DNA of 64,000 bases from the NCBI RefSeq assembly GCF_006345805.1, contig NC_043021.1, forward strand, positions 9,052,001 to 9,116,000. Direction: 5' to 3'. The DNA comes from Octopus sinensis. Lineage: Eukaryota. Position numbers and translations under genes: made by a program. The stretch's first letter is position 1. Every line of letters begins with the position of its first letter. The notes beneath the pieces were generated by a model that was given only the letters and a program-made list of their open reading frames with translations, was not told the origin of the DNA and searched no databases. Below are positions 35,353 through 48,783 of this stretch, in pieces.

Positions 35353-36159
35353 TTAGTATTACTTAAACCTTCCTCGAATGGGGCTTTTACATGCCGAAAT
35401 CTACTTGGTGAAATTAATGATTATTCCAAATTAATTAATTTCACCCTATATTATTATTGATATATATATATATATTTGCCTCGTTTTCTTTTTCCTTTCT
35501 TTCTTCAAATTAACACTTCTTAAACCTTAGTTCCCGATGAGCCATAAACGAAACAGAATATATATATCTTATCCGATTAAGGATATGATAGACAGATGAT
35601 GGATGGATATTCGAGTTTATGAAAACAAACAGTAAATATTGTAACAATGTCACGAAGATATTATATAAATAAATAAAAGAGGGGACAAAAAAACGTTGAT
35701 TTATACTTAACCTCACCAGTAATTATGTTGCTCAGTGTCCTGTTTGTTGTTGTTGTTGTTGTCTTCGATAACGAAGCTAATTAAGGACTTAATTAATCCA
35801 ACAAATTTTGAAAGATTTGAAAATTCCGCGCTTTAAAAAAAGCAACTGACTACAATTGCGAGGTTAATGGCAGCGAAGACTCTGATTGGTTGATATTGTT
35901 TAAGAGTGTTGACTCATTTTATGTATGTATACAATACACACACACACAGACACACATATACACACACATACACACAAGTACACACACACAGACACACAAG
36001 TACACACACACACAGACACACAAACACAAGTACACACACACACAGACACACATACACAAGTACACACACACACAGACACACATACACACAAGTACACACA
36101 GACACACATACACACAAGTACACACACACACAGACACACAAGTACACACAAGTACATAC

Positions 36160-36201
<42 letters not shown>

Positions 36202-36235
36202 CACACACACACACACACACACAGACACACATACA

Positions 36236-38220
36236 CACAAGTACACACAAGTACACAGACACACAGACACACAAACACAGACACACAAACACAAGCACAC
36301 ACACACACAGATTGCTTCTGCTGAATATTAATAAATATCTATATATTATATTCACACAATATACACACCCACATGACGTTCCTATATATATTAATCTGCC
36401 GTTCTTTCCTGTTAGTTTGTATGGTAACATTCAGAGAGTGATTAGCGAAAATAAATTTGACATTTACTAAGGAACTTCCTTAGCCTAGTTAAGTTTTTGC
36501 TGAGTCTCGAAGGACAAGGGAGGTTTTTCTTTCTTTCTTCCTTTATTTATTTTTTTTTTTTGTTTATTTATTTAGTGACCAGATGTGGGTTTGGGACACA
36601 GTGCCATTCTTTTTCTTTTTTTCTACTCTAGGCACAAGGCCTGAAATTTTGGGGGAGGGCGATAGTCGATTATATCGACCCCAGTACGCAATTAGTACTT
36701 AATTTATCGACCCCGAAAGGACGAAAGGCAAAGTACGACCTCGGCAGAATTTGAACTCAGAACTTAAAGACAGACGAAATACCTATTTCTTTACTACCCA
36801 CAAGGGGCTAAACACAGAGAGGACAAACAAGGACAGACAAACGGATTAAGTCGATTATATCGACCCCAGTGCGTAACTGGTACTTATTTAATCGACCCCG
36901 AAAGGACGAAAGGCAAAGTACGACCTCGGCGGAATTTGAACTCAGAACGTAAAGATGGACGAAATACCGCAAAGCATTTCGCCCGGCTTGCTAACGTTTC
37001 TGCCAGCTCGCCGCTGGAATCGATACCTTTCTAACATTTCGCCAATCCACTCTGACTGGTACTTACTTATCGACCCCGAAAGGATGAAATGTGAAGTTGA
37101 CATAGGCATGATTTGAACTTAGAATGCAGAGAGACGCAACTCATTTTATCCGATGCTGTTAGGACACTGCCAAGTCGATCAGACACACACACACACACCA
37201 CACACACACACACACACACAACACAAGTACACACACACACACACACAGACACACATACACACAAGTACACACAAGTACACAGACACACAGACACACAAAC
37301 ACAGACACACAAACACAAGCACACACACACACAGATTGCTTCTGCTGAATATTAATAAATATCTATATATTATATTCACACAATATACACACCCACATGA
37401 CGTTCCTATATATATTAATCTGCCGTTCTTTCCTGTTAGTTTGTATGGTAACATTCAGAGAGTGATTAGCGAAAATAAATTTGACATTTACTAGGAACTT
37501 CCTTAGCCTAGTTAAGTTTGTGCTGAGTCTCGAAGGACAAGGGAGGTTTTTCTTTCTTTCTTCCTTTATTTATTTTTTTTTTGTTTATTTATTTAGTGAC
37601 CAGATGTGGGTTTGGGACACAGTGCCATTCTTTTTCTTTTTTTCTACTCTAGGCACAAGGCCTGAAATTTTGGGGGAGGGCGATAGTCGATTATATCGAC
37701 CCCAGTACGCAATTAGTACTTAATTTATCGACCCCGAAAGGACGAAAGGCAAAGTACGACCTCGGCAGAATTTGAACTCAGAACTTAAAGACAGACGAAA
37801 TACCTATTTCTTTACTACCCACAAGGGGCTAAACACAGAGAGGACAAACAAGGACAGACAAACGGATTAAGTCGATTATATCGACCCCAGTGCGTAACTG
37901 GTACTTATTTAATCGACCCCGAAAGGACGAAAGGCAAAGTACGACCTCGGCGGAATTTGAACTCAGAACGTAAAGATGGACGAAATACCGCAAAGCATTT
38001 CGCCCGGCTTGCTAACGTTTCTGCCAGCTCGCCGCTGGAATCGATACCTTTCTAACATTTCGCCAATCCACTCTGACTGGTACTTACTTATCGACCCCGA
38101 AAGGATGAAATGTGAAGTTGACATAGGCATGATTTGAACTTAGAATGCAGAGAGACGCAACTCATTTTATCCGATGCTGTTAGGACACTGCCAAGTCGAT
38201 CAGACACACACACACACACA
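36236..38220. repeat. ~1.02-kb near-identical tandem duplication bounded by CA-rich repeats
   Basis: gattgcttctgctg at 36310 and 37334; caagtcgatc ending at 37180 and 38201. Confidence 0.92.
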
Positions 38221-38630
38221 CGTAATATATAATGTACTGTTCCGTTATAGGTGGGATCAACAAAAAAGTTCTTCGTCCACTGAGAGATAAATATCATGTC
38301 ATGCACGTAGAATTTAAATTCGAGCAACTATTAGTTTCATGCTCTGAAAACAAGATAATCTGACAAGCTTGTAAGTGAAGAGCGACCGACTCTTAACCAA
38401 TGTTCGGGCTTAGAAGGTTCTATATAGACGAAGAGCCATAGGTAACTCTCACTCTCTTTCGCTCTTTCTTTCTTTCTCTCTCCCTCTCTCTCTTTCACTC
38501 CTTCTTTTGTGCCAACGCACGAAATTCTCTAATCTCTGTTAGCAGGTGAAATACATATTCACAGAATCATTATAACCATTCGCGCGCGTGCGTACATGCG
38601 TACGTTCGTGTGTGCAGCTCTCTTCCTTAC

Positions 38631-38710
38631 CTTCTCTCGTCGTCTCCTTCCATAGCCTCTCTTTTCGTCCGTACATGGAGCTTCATTCTGAGGAAACCCG
38701 CCCCCCGAAC
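38631..38710 (-). promoter_or_regulatory. Candidate CEP192 first exon / promoter-proximal region
   Basis: CpG-rich unique patch, GC box GGGGGCGGG at ~38697-38706, strong donor GAAG|GTAAGG at 38631. An ATG at 38676 would be in frame with exon 1. No transcript evidence. Confidence 0.35.
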
Positions 38711-39989
38711 GTCTGCTAAGTCAGCTATTTCAGTCCCCTTTGTTTCCTAGTACTTCCACATAAGCGACTTAAGTTTGTATCAACTGATGGGAGGGATGTT
38801 TGAATCCACACCTTTAAAAGTGGGGAAAACTAGTTGAATATTCCATTAAAAATAGCAACCCAATATCCATACCTTATTCTATGAGACAGAGGGATGTTGG
38901 GAATCATACGCTACTGTAGCGGATAGCTACTTAGTGGTAATGAATTTCATTTACACTGACAATTTATGAATATCTATTGCGAACTAATGAGAAACGACAG
39001 GCCTTATATCCAAGCTATAAATTTTCGTCTGTGCTAGGGATCTATAAAAGGCGGGTTCGGCTGATATATTGGTTAAGGAGTCAGAGAATACAGGAATGTT
39101 CAGTGAATAATCGACGGGGCCCGGAACAAGTTTTGTTCCACCTTGCGAAAATTCTTCAATCGGCCTTTTGTATCTGTCTTTTTGCTTGCTGGCTATTTTA
39201 ATAGGTCTGTGTGGTTAGTACATCAAACAAGAAGCCATTTTTGACGGCGAAGCTTCGTAGTAAACATTTACTATTAATAGTGGTTTTACATTTTGGAACA
39301 AAGCCAGGAATTTCGGGGGAGGGAATAAGTCGGTTACATTGACCCCAGTGCTCAACTGGTGATATTTTATCGACCACGAAAAGATGAAAGGCAAAGTAGA
39401 CCTCGGTGGAATTTGAACTCAGAACACGAAGGCGGACAAAATGCCGCTGAGCATTTCGCTCGACGTGCTAACGATTCTGCCAGCTCGCTGCTTTACATTC
39501 ACTATATTCGAAATCAAGGAAGTTGCTTGAAATTACTTTTGAACATCCGAATAAAGTTTTCATTGTAATGAAAGTCTCAGAATTTTTATTTTATTTCTCC
39601 GGCAAAATACACTCTGTATTTATCATTTGGCATCCTTCTGTATTCACACTGTCTCCTCGACATGACAGCGAGCATTAACTTTTGAATAATTATGACTTGA
39701 CTATCATATTCAGAACATAGCTTCAGCCCAGCTTCAATTGATCACTGGTCAATGGTCCTAAACCTCTTAAATGATTTATTTAAACGGCCTTTAAATCACA
39801 AACAGCAATATAAAAGTTTGTTATGATTTCGAGTCATTTTTTAACATTTCTGAACATCCGCCATGAATTTTATTCCGAAATTCAAATGAAACCAAAAAAT
39901 TAAGAGTTAAATTTTTGTTTCAACACTGAGTTTATAGTCACGTTGGGGCAAAAAATGAAATTCAGCACATTCCGTCCTTCCATCTTCCC

Positions 39990-40390
39990 CACCTACTATT
40001 CGTGGGAGGGTCGTGGGAGTAAAGTTCTCAGGCACCTCAACAAGCAGACGAGCAATTGTTCAAGTCTAACACTCGCTAAATGTGATCCGACAACAGGTAC
40101 AATTTTTTCGAGAAACCCAGACGAAAAAAGTGGATATGTCATCCATGCCCTGCTATGCGATTTGCACTTCACGGGAAACAAATTTTAAAGCATGGGAAAT
40201 GTCGCTTTGGTCGAGAAATCTTTCAATCGTTTGTCTTGCTTTCTTAATGTCGGACACTGTTCCTTGTGAAATCTTTGATGCCTTTTCACCATAATCCAGA
40301 CAGTAAAATCTCACTTTTCTGTTCTTTTGTCAATGGTGTTCGGTTTCCTATTACAGACATGCTAACGAACGGCAATATACTCGATCACTC
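39990..40390 (-). mobile_element. Degraded pogo/Tigger-type HTH remnant
   Basis: LTKEQKSEILL, frameshift, then KISQGTVSDIKK; resembles a CENP-B psq HTH. Stops present. Confidence 0.45.
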
Positions 40391-40492
40391 GTATCAGATA
40401 TGTTGCCAGAACAAAGTCATAGAAAAAAATGGAAGAACCAATGCTTTTCCCGTGATTTTAGGTCTTTTAGTATGTCAATCATTTTTATGTTA

Positions 40493-40892
40493 AACTAGCA
40501 GTATCGCCCGGCGTTGCTCGGGTTTGTAAGGGAAATAACTATATAAGCATTTTTAGAGAGTTACAGCCAAAAAATAATTTTAAAATGCATTAAAAATGGG
40601 AAAAAATGACGGTAATTTTTTTTTAAATCGTTGACTCATCGTAGACATTTTTAGAGAGTTACTTCCTTTATATAATAGCGAAAAAATGCATTAAAATAGA
40701 AAAAAAATGATGGTAAATTATTTTTAAAATTGTAGACTCATCGTAGACGCGCGCTAATACCCAGAAGGGCTCGATATGAATCACGACTATAAGATACCCG
40801 GTTTTGGTTAAACTGCACCGAAAAATGTGGGAGTAGTTAGGAATCTAAATCGTAGGAGACAGACACACAACTTGACTTTTATATATAAAGAT
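40493..40892. mobile_element. HINE-like element, second copy
   Basis: Same termini and body as 16789-17183. Confidence 0.65.
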
Positions 40893-41747
40893 TATTTTAA
40901 CACTGTTTAAAGCGACCGATTGAAATCAAACTAACTCACCAACTTACACGTAACTACTTTTGATAACAGTAAATAAAAGACAAGACCATGGCGTAAATGT
41001 CGATCAGTAACACGTCTTGGAATGTACCGTTTTTACATGTCCTGTACCTTTTGTGAGTTAAAATCACATTTATCAGCGTCAAACGCCATTCTTTGAGTCA
41101 AATTAGCGGCAGTCTATATATTCACTTTTAATCTTATAATAATTCTGCTTGTCCTAACCCCAGGACATATTTTTTAAGCCTAGTACTTATTCTGTCAGTA
41201 ACTTTTGCCGAATTGCTAAGTTACGAGACGTAAACACACCAACCCCGGTTGTCAAGCGGTGTTGGGGGCGGGCAGACAAACACAGACACAAAGACACACA
41301 CACACATTGATACATACATATACGGCGGGCTTCTTTCAGTTTCCGTCTACCAAATCCACTTACAAGGCTTTGGTCAGCCCGTCGCTATAGTAGAAGACAC
41401 TTGCCCAAGGTGCCATGCAGTGGGACTGAACCCGGGACCATGTGATTAGGAAATAAACTTCTTACCACACAGCAACCCCTGTGCCTACAGAGAAAAAAAA
41501 GCCCTACAGAGAAACAAAATGAACAATGAGAAAATGAATTGTAATTTCAACTGTTTAAAGCAGAAATCCGGAAAATTTTTCGAGAAAGACAAAAATAGTT
41601 ACAGAATGGGGTGCAAAGGTCCAGGATCTTATTGAAACACTAACGCCCTGACCTAAAACATAAAGAGAAGGAAGAAATACTGCAAGGAATTTTGACTGAA
41701 TTTCTAACGATTCTGCCAAACCACTACCGTTAAGTAAAAAAATACAT

Positions 41748-41820
41748 AGGTTCCAGCGAGTTTCGAACTCGCGACCTTCTGCGTGTTAAGCAGATGTGAT
41801 AACCACTACACCATGGAACC
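41748..41820 (-). tRNA. tRNA-Val-AAC: tRNA-Val(AAC)
   Basis: Acceptor stem GGTTCCA/TGGAACC, anticodon arm TCTGC-TTAACAC-GCAGA, T arm GCGAG-TTCGAAA-CTCGC, T7 terminator downstream; position 73 = T. Confidence 0.92.
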
Positions 41821-43542
41821 ACTCGATATATAAAGGGTCTAAGTTATATATTTATAGAAAAAAATTACGGGTGATAAGGACTAATTCATAGAAATGTTTG
41901 TTTTGTTTTAATTAACTATGCTAATTGTGAATCGTTTCTAGTGCAACACGGTAAAACGAGAGTAACAGTGGTATAGTTTCGGTTTCAGTATCGCAGTCAC
42001 TTCAACTAGTAGTAATATCGCTTATTCCCGTATCATCCCCGAGCAGATTTATGATTAAATGAATTCCAGCCGAAACAATTCCCTCGTTTTTCTCAGCTAA
42101 TAATAATAATAATAATGATAATAATAATAATAAATGTTTTAAAGGAAATTTGGGTAAAAGTAGAGGAAAAGCGGCGTATTTAAAAATGCGAACAGCGGTA
42201 ATAGGGAAAGCAAAAAGCCTTTCCTGAATTAGTGAAACGAATTAATGTTTCGAAATAAACCATTATTTTGTATTTCATTTTCAATCAGTATTCAGAATTT
42301 TATGCTTCAGACATCGAAGAATCTGACAACGCTAACAGAAAAATAAATGTTTGTAATGTTTCCCATCTTTTTTCCAGGTTTTTGTTATTAACATATAACA
42401 CTTGATTTCGAAAATAAAAATTCTTCTTTACAGAAAGTGTTGCATATTGTACGAGAGGAAAAAATACCAATGTGTCACATTTATGTAGCTTTTTATCATT
42501 CTCGTAACCTACATTCCGAATTTCTGTAGCTCTTTATCATTCTCGTAAACTATATTCCGAATTTCTTGAATTTTAACACGCTTTAATTTATTTATTTATT
42601 CGTTTCAGTAATTTGGCACAGCCACGTCCGATTTTAGCCTTTCCTAATTATAATTTCTATATACTCATATCGTGTTACTGCAAATTTCATATCTCTCGCG
42701 GGTCAAATGATCTCATAGTAATTCTTACCGTGTTTAACTTCATGTCAGACCTCACCAAGCAGAACTATGAATAGAAAATATTCTACCTTTCCTAGGATTA
42801 CACTATCCAAGGTGTCTGTCCGTTAATAAAGCGTATTATTGGATAGAGGTTTGGCTGCCCTTTCGAGAAGATCGAGCGACAACGATCTTGTCGCTTTTGT
42901 TGGTTGGGTTTACTGGACTACTGTTTTTTTTTACTCTTTTACTTGTTTCAGTCATTTGACTGCGGCCATGCTGGAGCACCGCTTTTTTAGTCAAGCAAAT
43001 CGACCCCGGGACTTATTCTTTGTAAGCCCAGTACTTATTCTATCGGTCTCTTTTGCCGAACCGCTAAGTAACGGGGACGTAAACACACCAGCATCGGTTG
43101 TCAAGCAATGCTAGGGGGACAAACACAGACACACAAACACATACACACACACACACATATATATATATATACATATATACGACAGGCTTCTTTCAGTTTC
43201 CGTCTACCAAATCCACTCACAAGGCATTGGTCGGCCCGGAGCTATAGCAGAAGACACTTGCCCAAGATGCCACGCAGTGGGACTGAACCCGGAACCATGT
43301 CGTTGGTTAGCAAGCTACTTACCACACAGCCACTCGGGCATTGTTTTAATACCTCGTTTAAACGCAGATTTTTTTTTTATCTAATTTACCTCGGCAAAAA
43401 ACTGTAAGGTTTTGACATCGAAGGTTATTATTCTGGAAAAAATAATACAAAAGTTAATCTGAGAACAAATCAAAAATGAATAAGTTATGGAAACTGGCAA
43501 AATTTATTTTAAAACATTGAAATTTATATTTTCTAATTTATA

Positions 43543-43763
43543 TATGAGGGGGTGTTGAAAAGTTCCTGGTTTCGGGTAAAAGAAAATACAGGAGCATCAG
43601 TTAATTATGGTTTTATTCAACGTATTCCCTTCTCAGATTCATACACCTATTGCAGTGGTCCTTCTGTTTTTCTAAGCCCTGTAAAATAACTCGGAAGGTT
43701 GAGCCTCCATCCAGACCTTTCGCGACACCCTTAAAACCAGCAACTTTTCAGCTCTCCTTCGTT
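43543..43763. mobile_element. mariner-type MITE (~220 bp)
   Basis: TIR-like tatgagggggtgttgaaaagttcctgg / ccagcaacttttcagc; second copy in opposite orientation at 29702-29910. Confidence 0.7.
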
Positions 43764-43829
43764 TTAGCAGAATTGTAATTTGAGATATCTAAATCTTAAA
43801 TTTGAAAACTATTTGTTAAAAAATCATTT

Positions 43830-44420
43830 TGATGGGGTTTCTCCAAGAAAGCTTCCGGACGTTTGAAGAAATCAGGCCGTCCTACCCTTGTCGGGACATA
43901 GATAACACCATTTTCGCTATCGTTCTCATCCCGGACAATCAATTTGCCGTACGGGTCCAAGAATATTGTCTGTATCTAAAACTCTAAGGATTTCCGAAAT
44001 AGCAATAGCACGTCGTCGTCCGACCCCGACTGACCACGAGATGAGTGCACCTCCTATTCGTTGAAAATGGGGGTTGGGGAATGCGTATATGTACTCCAGA
44101 GAACCTGATCTCGCAAACGGCTTTTACTTGCGTTCGCTGAGCAAGCTGATCGCATCCTGCGTATATTTATATGCTTCAGCTTAAGGTCAGCCGTGTCACT
44201 CGGAGAGAAAAAAAATGGGGAACGCACCTTGGTCCCGAGAAAATCTGTTGGCTCAAGGTACCAGCAACTCGGGCAGTCGCCTGGGGCGTCATGTGCTAGT
44301 GGGTGCCAAAGAGGGCGTGGCAAAGACAACGAAATTTCTACGACCGTCAGCTTGTACACGCCGAAGTCCAATTTGTCCGGGGTGCCAGCAACTCTAGAGC
44401 CTGACCCTGGATACAGAATG
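43830..44420 (-). mobile_element. Degraded L1/Tx1-like LINE endonuclease remnant
   Basis: Minus-strand frame LKHINIRRMRS...PIFNE*EVHSS...LLFRKSLEF*IQTIFLDPYGKLIV...VIYVPTRVGRPDFFKR resembles an APE domain (NVRG, DPxG, YAPT); contains stops. Confidence 0.6.
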
Positions 44421-44803
44421 TAGATAGCAGAAACAGATGTTGCAAAGCAAGCTGTTTGATGTCCTGACAATTTCACTGATTTACGGCAGGTCGAGATTTG
44501 TACTTTATCATCCGCGTGAGGTAGAAAAGTAAAGGTAACCTCGACGGGGTTTGAACCCAAAACGAAGAGCAGAGACAGATAACGCAAGTTAGCCGATGGT
44601 CAAGCTTCTCTATATAATGGCAGTAGAAGAGATTTATCAAAGCCAATGTTTCTCTCATGTATAGAAGCGTAGTGAGGACAATACACTGAGGTGGCTTTCA
44701 ACAGCATCCATGATATAAAGGAAAGGAAAATATGCTAAGAGTTGAAACGAATGAAAACATAACTAGGAGGGTAACAAATTAAAGCAAAAGAAAGAAGCCA
44801 TGA

Positions 44804-44876
44804 TGTTTTGATAATGATTGAACCTGTAATACTCTTTGTGGGAGGCAAGCGTGTTAACCATTACACAACGTAACAT
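44804..44876 (-). pseudogene. Decayed tRNA-Val-like gene
   Basis: Minus strand GTTACGTTGTGTAATGGTTAACACGCTTGCCTCCCACAAAGAGTATTACAGGTTCAATC: A- and B-box remnants at tRNA spacing, broken stems, same orientation as the CAC copies, TTTAAATA upstream. Confidence 0.5.
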
Positions 44877-45333
44877 CTGGAAAAAAATTTAAATTATAAA
44901 TATTTAAATATAAACTGCAAGCATAAGTTATATATTTTTATTTTTAGGGATAAAACGTAAATAAATGGTGGTAATACGAGAAAGTAAATTTAGTTGTTTA
45001 ATAGTTCAGTCATTTAGAAGTAATTACAGATATAAATAAACATAATGCGTAGTCAGTCATTCAGCAACACTTCTGCATTTTATCTATAGCAGAAAAAACA
45101 CTTGATCTATGAATCATAATCGATATTTGAAAACCATCGCTATAATATTTTTTACTGTTGTTGTTATTTTATAAATACACGAAGTTATTATACAATGCAT
45201 ATTTATTTTGCTAAATATTTATTTGATTTTATACTTGTGTATATTCGTGCGTGCGTGTGTGAGCGTATGAGAGAGAGAGAAGGGAGAGAGAGAGAAAGAG
45301 GAAGTGAAAGACAGATGTGTGTTTATACGCACG

Positions 45334-45357
45334 AACTGAAAACGAAAGTGAAACTAG
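45334..45357 (+). promoter_or_regulatory. ISRE/IRF-E-like motif, copy 1
   Basis: AACTGAAAACGAAAGTGAAACTAG: three GAAA half-sites at 6-bp spacing; GAAAGTGAAACT fits the ISRE consensus GAAANNGAAACT. Confidence 0.6.
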
Positions 45358-45638
45358 GCTGACTACTTTCAAAACAAAGAACGTAGCTGTATTTGTGTGA
45401 GAGCGAAAGAAAGGGAGATAGAGCGTTGATGGGTACATGCGTAACAGAACGATCTTCAATACAGATGTAAATAAATCTACGCCATCTATAGTAGTTCACT
45501 TTATGAGGCTGTGGTTTTTATTCATTTCGAAATTGTGTTAACCAAATGAACGAATTAATATACTTGCCCTTATTGAGGTGACACTCGTTAGCAATTAAAT
45601 CTGGGTGAAAATATATAGAATGTGAAAAAATTGGCACC

Positions 45639-45711
45639 AGGTTCCGACGAGGATCGAACTCGCGACAGTCTGTGTGTGAAACAGATGTGATAACCACTAC
45701 ACCACGGAACC
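45639..45711 (-). tRNA. tRNA-Val-CAC: tRNA-Val(CAC)
   Basis: GGTTCCG/CGGAACC stem, TCTGT-TTCACAC-ACAGA arm, TTCGATC loop, T6 terminator; position 73 = T. Confidence 0.9.
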
Positions 45712-46302
45712 TTATGAAGGGGCAAACCGAGATTTTAAGTATTTAAATGTAAACCAGAGAAAGCATTTTTACCCCTTGTTTTCAAGATTGAGCTATAAAA
45801 ACATTGATTGAGACAATATCAGAAATGCCAGAATGGAAGGGTTTCATATATGCAATGAAATGAACCTGGAACCCTTGATCAAATGGAATTATCGAAGCAG
45901 TTTCTGAAGCATCTTCCACTGGGGATGTTTAAATTATTTTTTAAAAGTCAAATTAGCAGTGGAGATAATTCTTCAGAAATTAGTTAACCAAAACTTTCGG
46001 TTATAAAAAACAAGATAGACTGGAATGATTTTGGTCTTTAAAACCAATTAGTAAAAAAAAGGGAAATGGACATGTTCCGACCTTATTAAGCCTTCTCAGC
46101 AAAGAGTATCCAGTTTCATCAGGTGGATAAAACTGAAAGCAATAAGGATGTACATGCGAATGAGTATCTGTATGTGTATATATGCTTGTTTGTATGCATG
46201 TATGTATATGTGTGTGTGTGTGTGTACGTATATATATGTGTGTGTGTACGTATATATATATATAGAGAGAGAGATATAGATATAGCGATAGATAGAGTGA
46301 TT

Positions 46303-46340
<38 letters not shown>

Positions 46341-47244
46341 TATATACATACTATATAGATATATGCCCACATACATATAAACATATTTACATATATATAT
46401 GCATATGTATGATCTTTAAATGTGTATATGTATATACATACATACATGCATATATATATATATATATATACATGCACATATATATATGCATATATATATA
46501 TGCATATGCAAGAATATATGAGAATGAGTATGCATATATATGCATACATACACACCGTATTTTAACGTGTATAAGGGACCCTGTCTTGTCAAAAATTAGG
46601 TTTAAAAAATATGGGAGTTTCTTATACACGGATACTATTATAATCCTTTACAAAAACATTTTTTCCAAATTTTAAGCCCCCAAAATTAGGGGGTTCCTTA
46701 TACACATTAAAATACCGTACATACGCGTGTGTGTGTGAATCTATATTGTTATGATTTTATGGGAGTCACCAAAATTGCTTGATTTTTTTAAAAATATATT
46801 AAACAAACAGAAAGCTCAGTTCAGTCAATTGCCGATAGAAATAAACATTAAGCAACAGGATTGTCACCAAGAGATGTCTCTGTATTTAAGCTACATTAGC
46901 TAACATTAACAACACGACTGTCAGCGAGAGCTGTCTTTGTTTTCGAGCTGCGACAATAAACAACATCGTTATAACTAACTTACACCAAAAGCACATTTGC
47001 CATCATTGTAAACAAACACATCATTGCTATGACATCATCGTTATTTTATTTCGAAAACAACAAGTTGTATAAGACTGCTTAATGGGCATTCTTTCGTTTT
47101 GGCTCCGCAAAACGAAGGAATACCTATTAATGCATGAATTTTGTTATATGATTAATTTTATAGTGTACCTTTAGTCTTTTTTTTTTAAATATATTTGTTT
47201 ATGCATTGTGTCTGTGATTGTATGTGAGTTCGCGCGAGCTACGT

Positions 47245-47264
47245 AAAAACGAAAGTGAAACTAG
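47245..47264 (+). promoter_or_regulatory. ISRE/IRF-E-like motif, copy 2
   Basis: AAAAACGAAAGTGAAACTAG. Confidence 0.6.
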
Positions 47265-47524
47265 AATGAATTTCATGTAAACAAACAGCGTAAATATATT
47301 TATGGGAGCGAAACAGCGACGAAGACGAAATGCAGTTACGCAACAACGGTTTCTTACACAGATGTAAGATGAACCAGTAGCAGTTATCTTTGTGAGGTTG
47401 GGATGTTCATTTATTCACAAATAAAATTAAGTGTGGAAACGAAGTCAATTAAAAGCCATTTAAGAAATAAATTTTAGCAGTAAATCATCGATAGAGGAGA
47501 AAACGCAGAAGAAAAATATTCCAC

Positions 47525-47597
47525 AGGTTCCGACGAGAATCGAACTCGTGACATTCTGTGTGTGAAACAGATGTGATAACCACTACACCACGGAACC
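47525..47597 (-). tRNA. tRNA-Val-CAC: tRNA-Val(CAC)
   Basis: Full cloverleaf, perfect T stem ACGAG/CTCGT, T5 terminator; position 73 = T. Confidence 0.9.
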
Positions 47598-47942
47598 CGC
47601 GAGTGCAATCTTATGACAGTAACGTATATATTATAAGCAATATTTATAAGTGAATCTGGGACAATTAAAATTTTTTTTTTAAGGATGAAATATAAGAAAC
47701 AGTGGCAACATAAGAAATAGATAGGCTGGTAGTTTAATTGTTTGGTTAAAAGTAAGGGGTCGATTTGCTCGACTAAAGGTGGTGCTCCAGCATGGCCACA
47801 GTCAAATGACTGAAACAAGTAAAACAGTATTGTTATTAACGTATGTGTTTATTGTCTAATATCCCTTTAGTATTCGAATGTGTATTTGTTTTGCGCTCGT
47901 GAGTTCATGTGCATTTCGTGGAGTTGACGGTTCACAGACCAA

Positions 47943-47966
47943 AACTGAAAACGAAAGTGAAACTAG
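47943..47966 (+). promoter_or_regulatory. ISRE/IRF-E-like motif, copy 3
   Basis: AACTGAAAACGAAAGTGAAACTAG, identical to copy 1. Confidence 0.6.
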
Positions 47967-48152
47967 GCAAGTCTGAATCAAAGTAAAATATTTGTAAATA
48001 GGTTTGCATGAGACAGCGTTGATTGCAATTCCGTGTGAAATTGTGGTTTTCATGCATTTCTAGATAATCAGCTTCCAGTCGAGCAACGAATATTAATAGT
48101 AGATTGTAAGATGAAATATCCACAATATGAAAAAAGAAAAATTACAACCAAC

Positions 48153-48225
48153 AGGTTCCGACGAGGATTGAACTCGCGACATTCTGTGTGTGAAACAGAC
48201 GTGATAACCACTACACCACGGAACC
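48153..48225 (-). tRNA. tRNA-Val-CAC: tRNA-Val(CAC)
   Basis: Full cloverleaf, T loop TTCAATC, T5 terminator; position 73 = T. Confidence 0.88.
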
Positions 48226-48650
48226 CACGATGTAAACAAACGCAGTCATTAGTATTTAAATCAAAAACTAAAGACACTATTATTGTATGATTAACCCTTT
48301 ATTTTATGGGTGAAATATAGATAGATTTTATATAGATAGATAGTGGCGAGCTGAGAAAATAGAGCTCAGCCTTTTTTGAAACTGGTTACAGACGTAAACA
48401 TTAGCAACAGGATTGTGTCCATTAGAAACCTCTCTCCGTATTATACCCACAACAGACAAAACGAAATCAATATAACCGACGTAAACCAGTTGCGATTGAT
48501 ACAAACAATCGCATCATTTACGTAATACCAAAAATACATCATTTTGAAATAGTAATTATTATTATTGTTATTAACACACGAAGCGTCATATTCTGTACCT
48601 CTAGGTTGTTGTTTTTTTTGTTGCTTTTTTTAAATATTTATTTTCTGCAT

Positions 48651-48703
<53 letters not shown>

Positions 48704-48783
48704 TGCACGCGCGTGTGTATGTGCGTGTGCGCGCGTGTGTGTGTGTGTGTGTGTTTGCGTGCGTGTGTGTGTGTTTGCTTGTG

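Noticed and set aside
44054-44587. 177-aa ORF as a host gene
   Set aside because: It is a patchwork of L1/Tx1 remnant and SINE-like sequence; the frame continues through stops into the endonuclease motifs.
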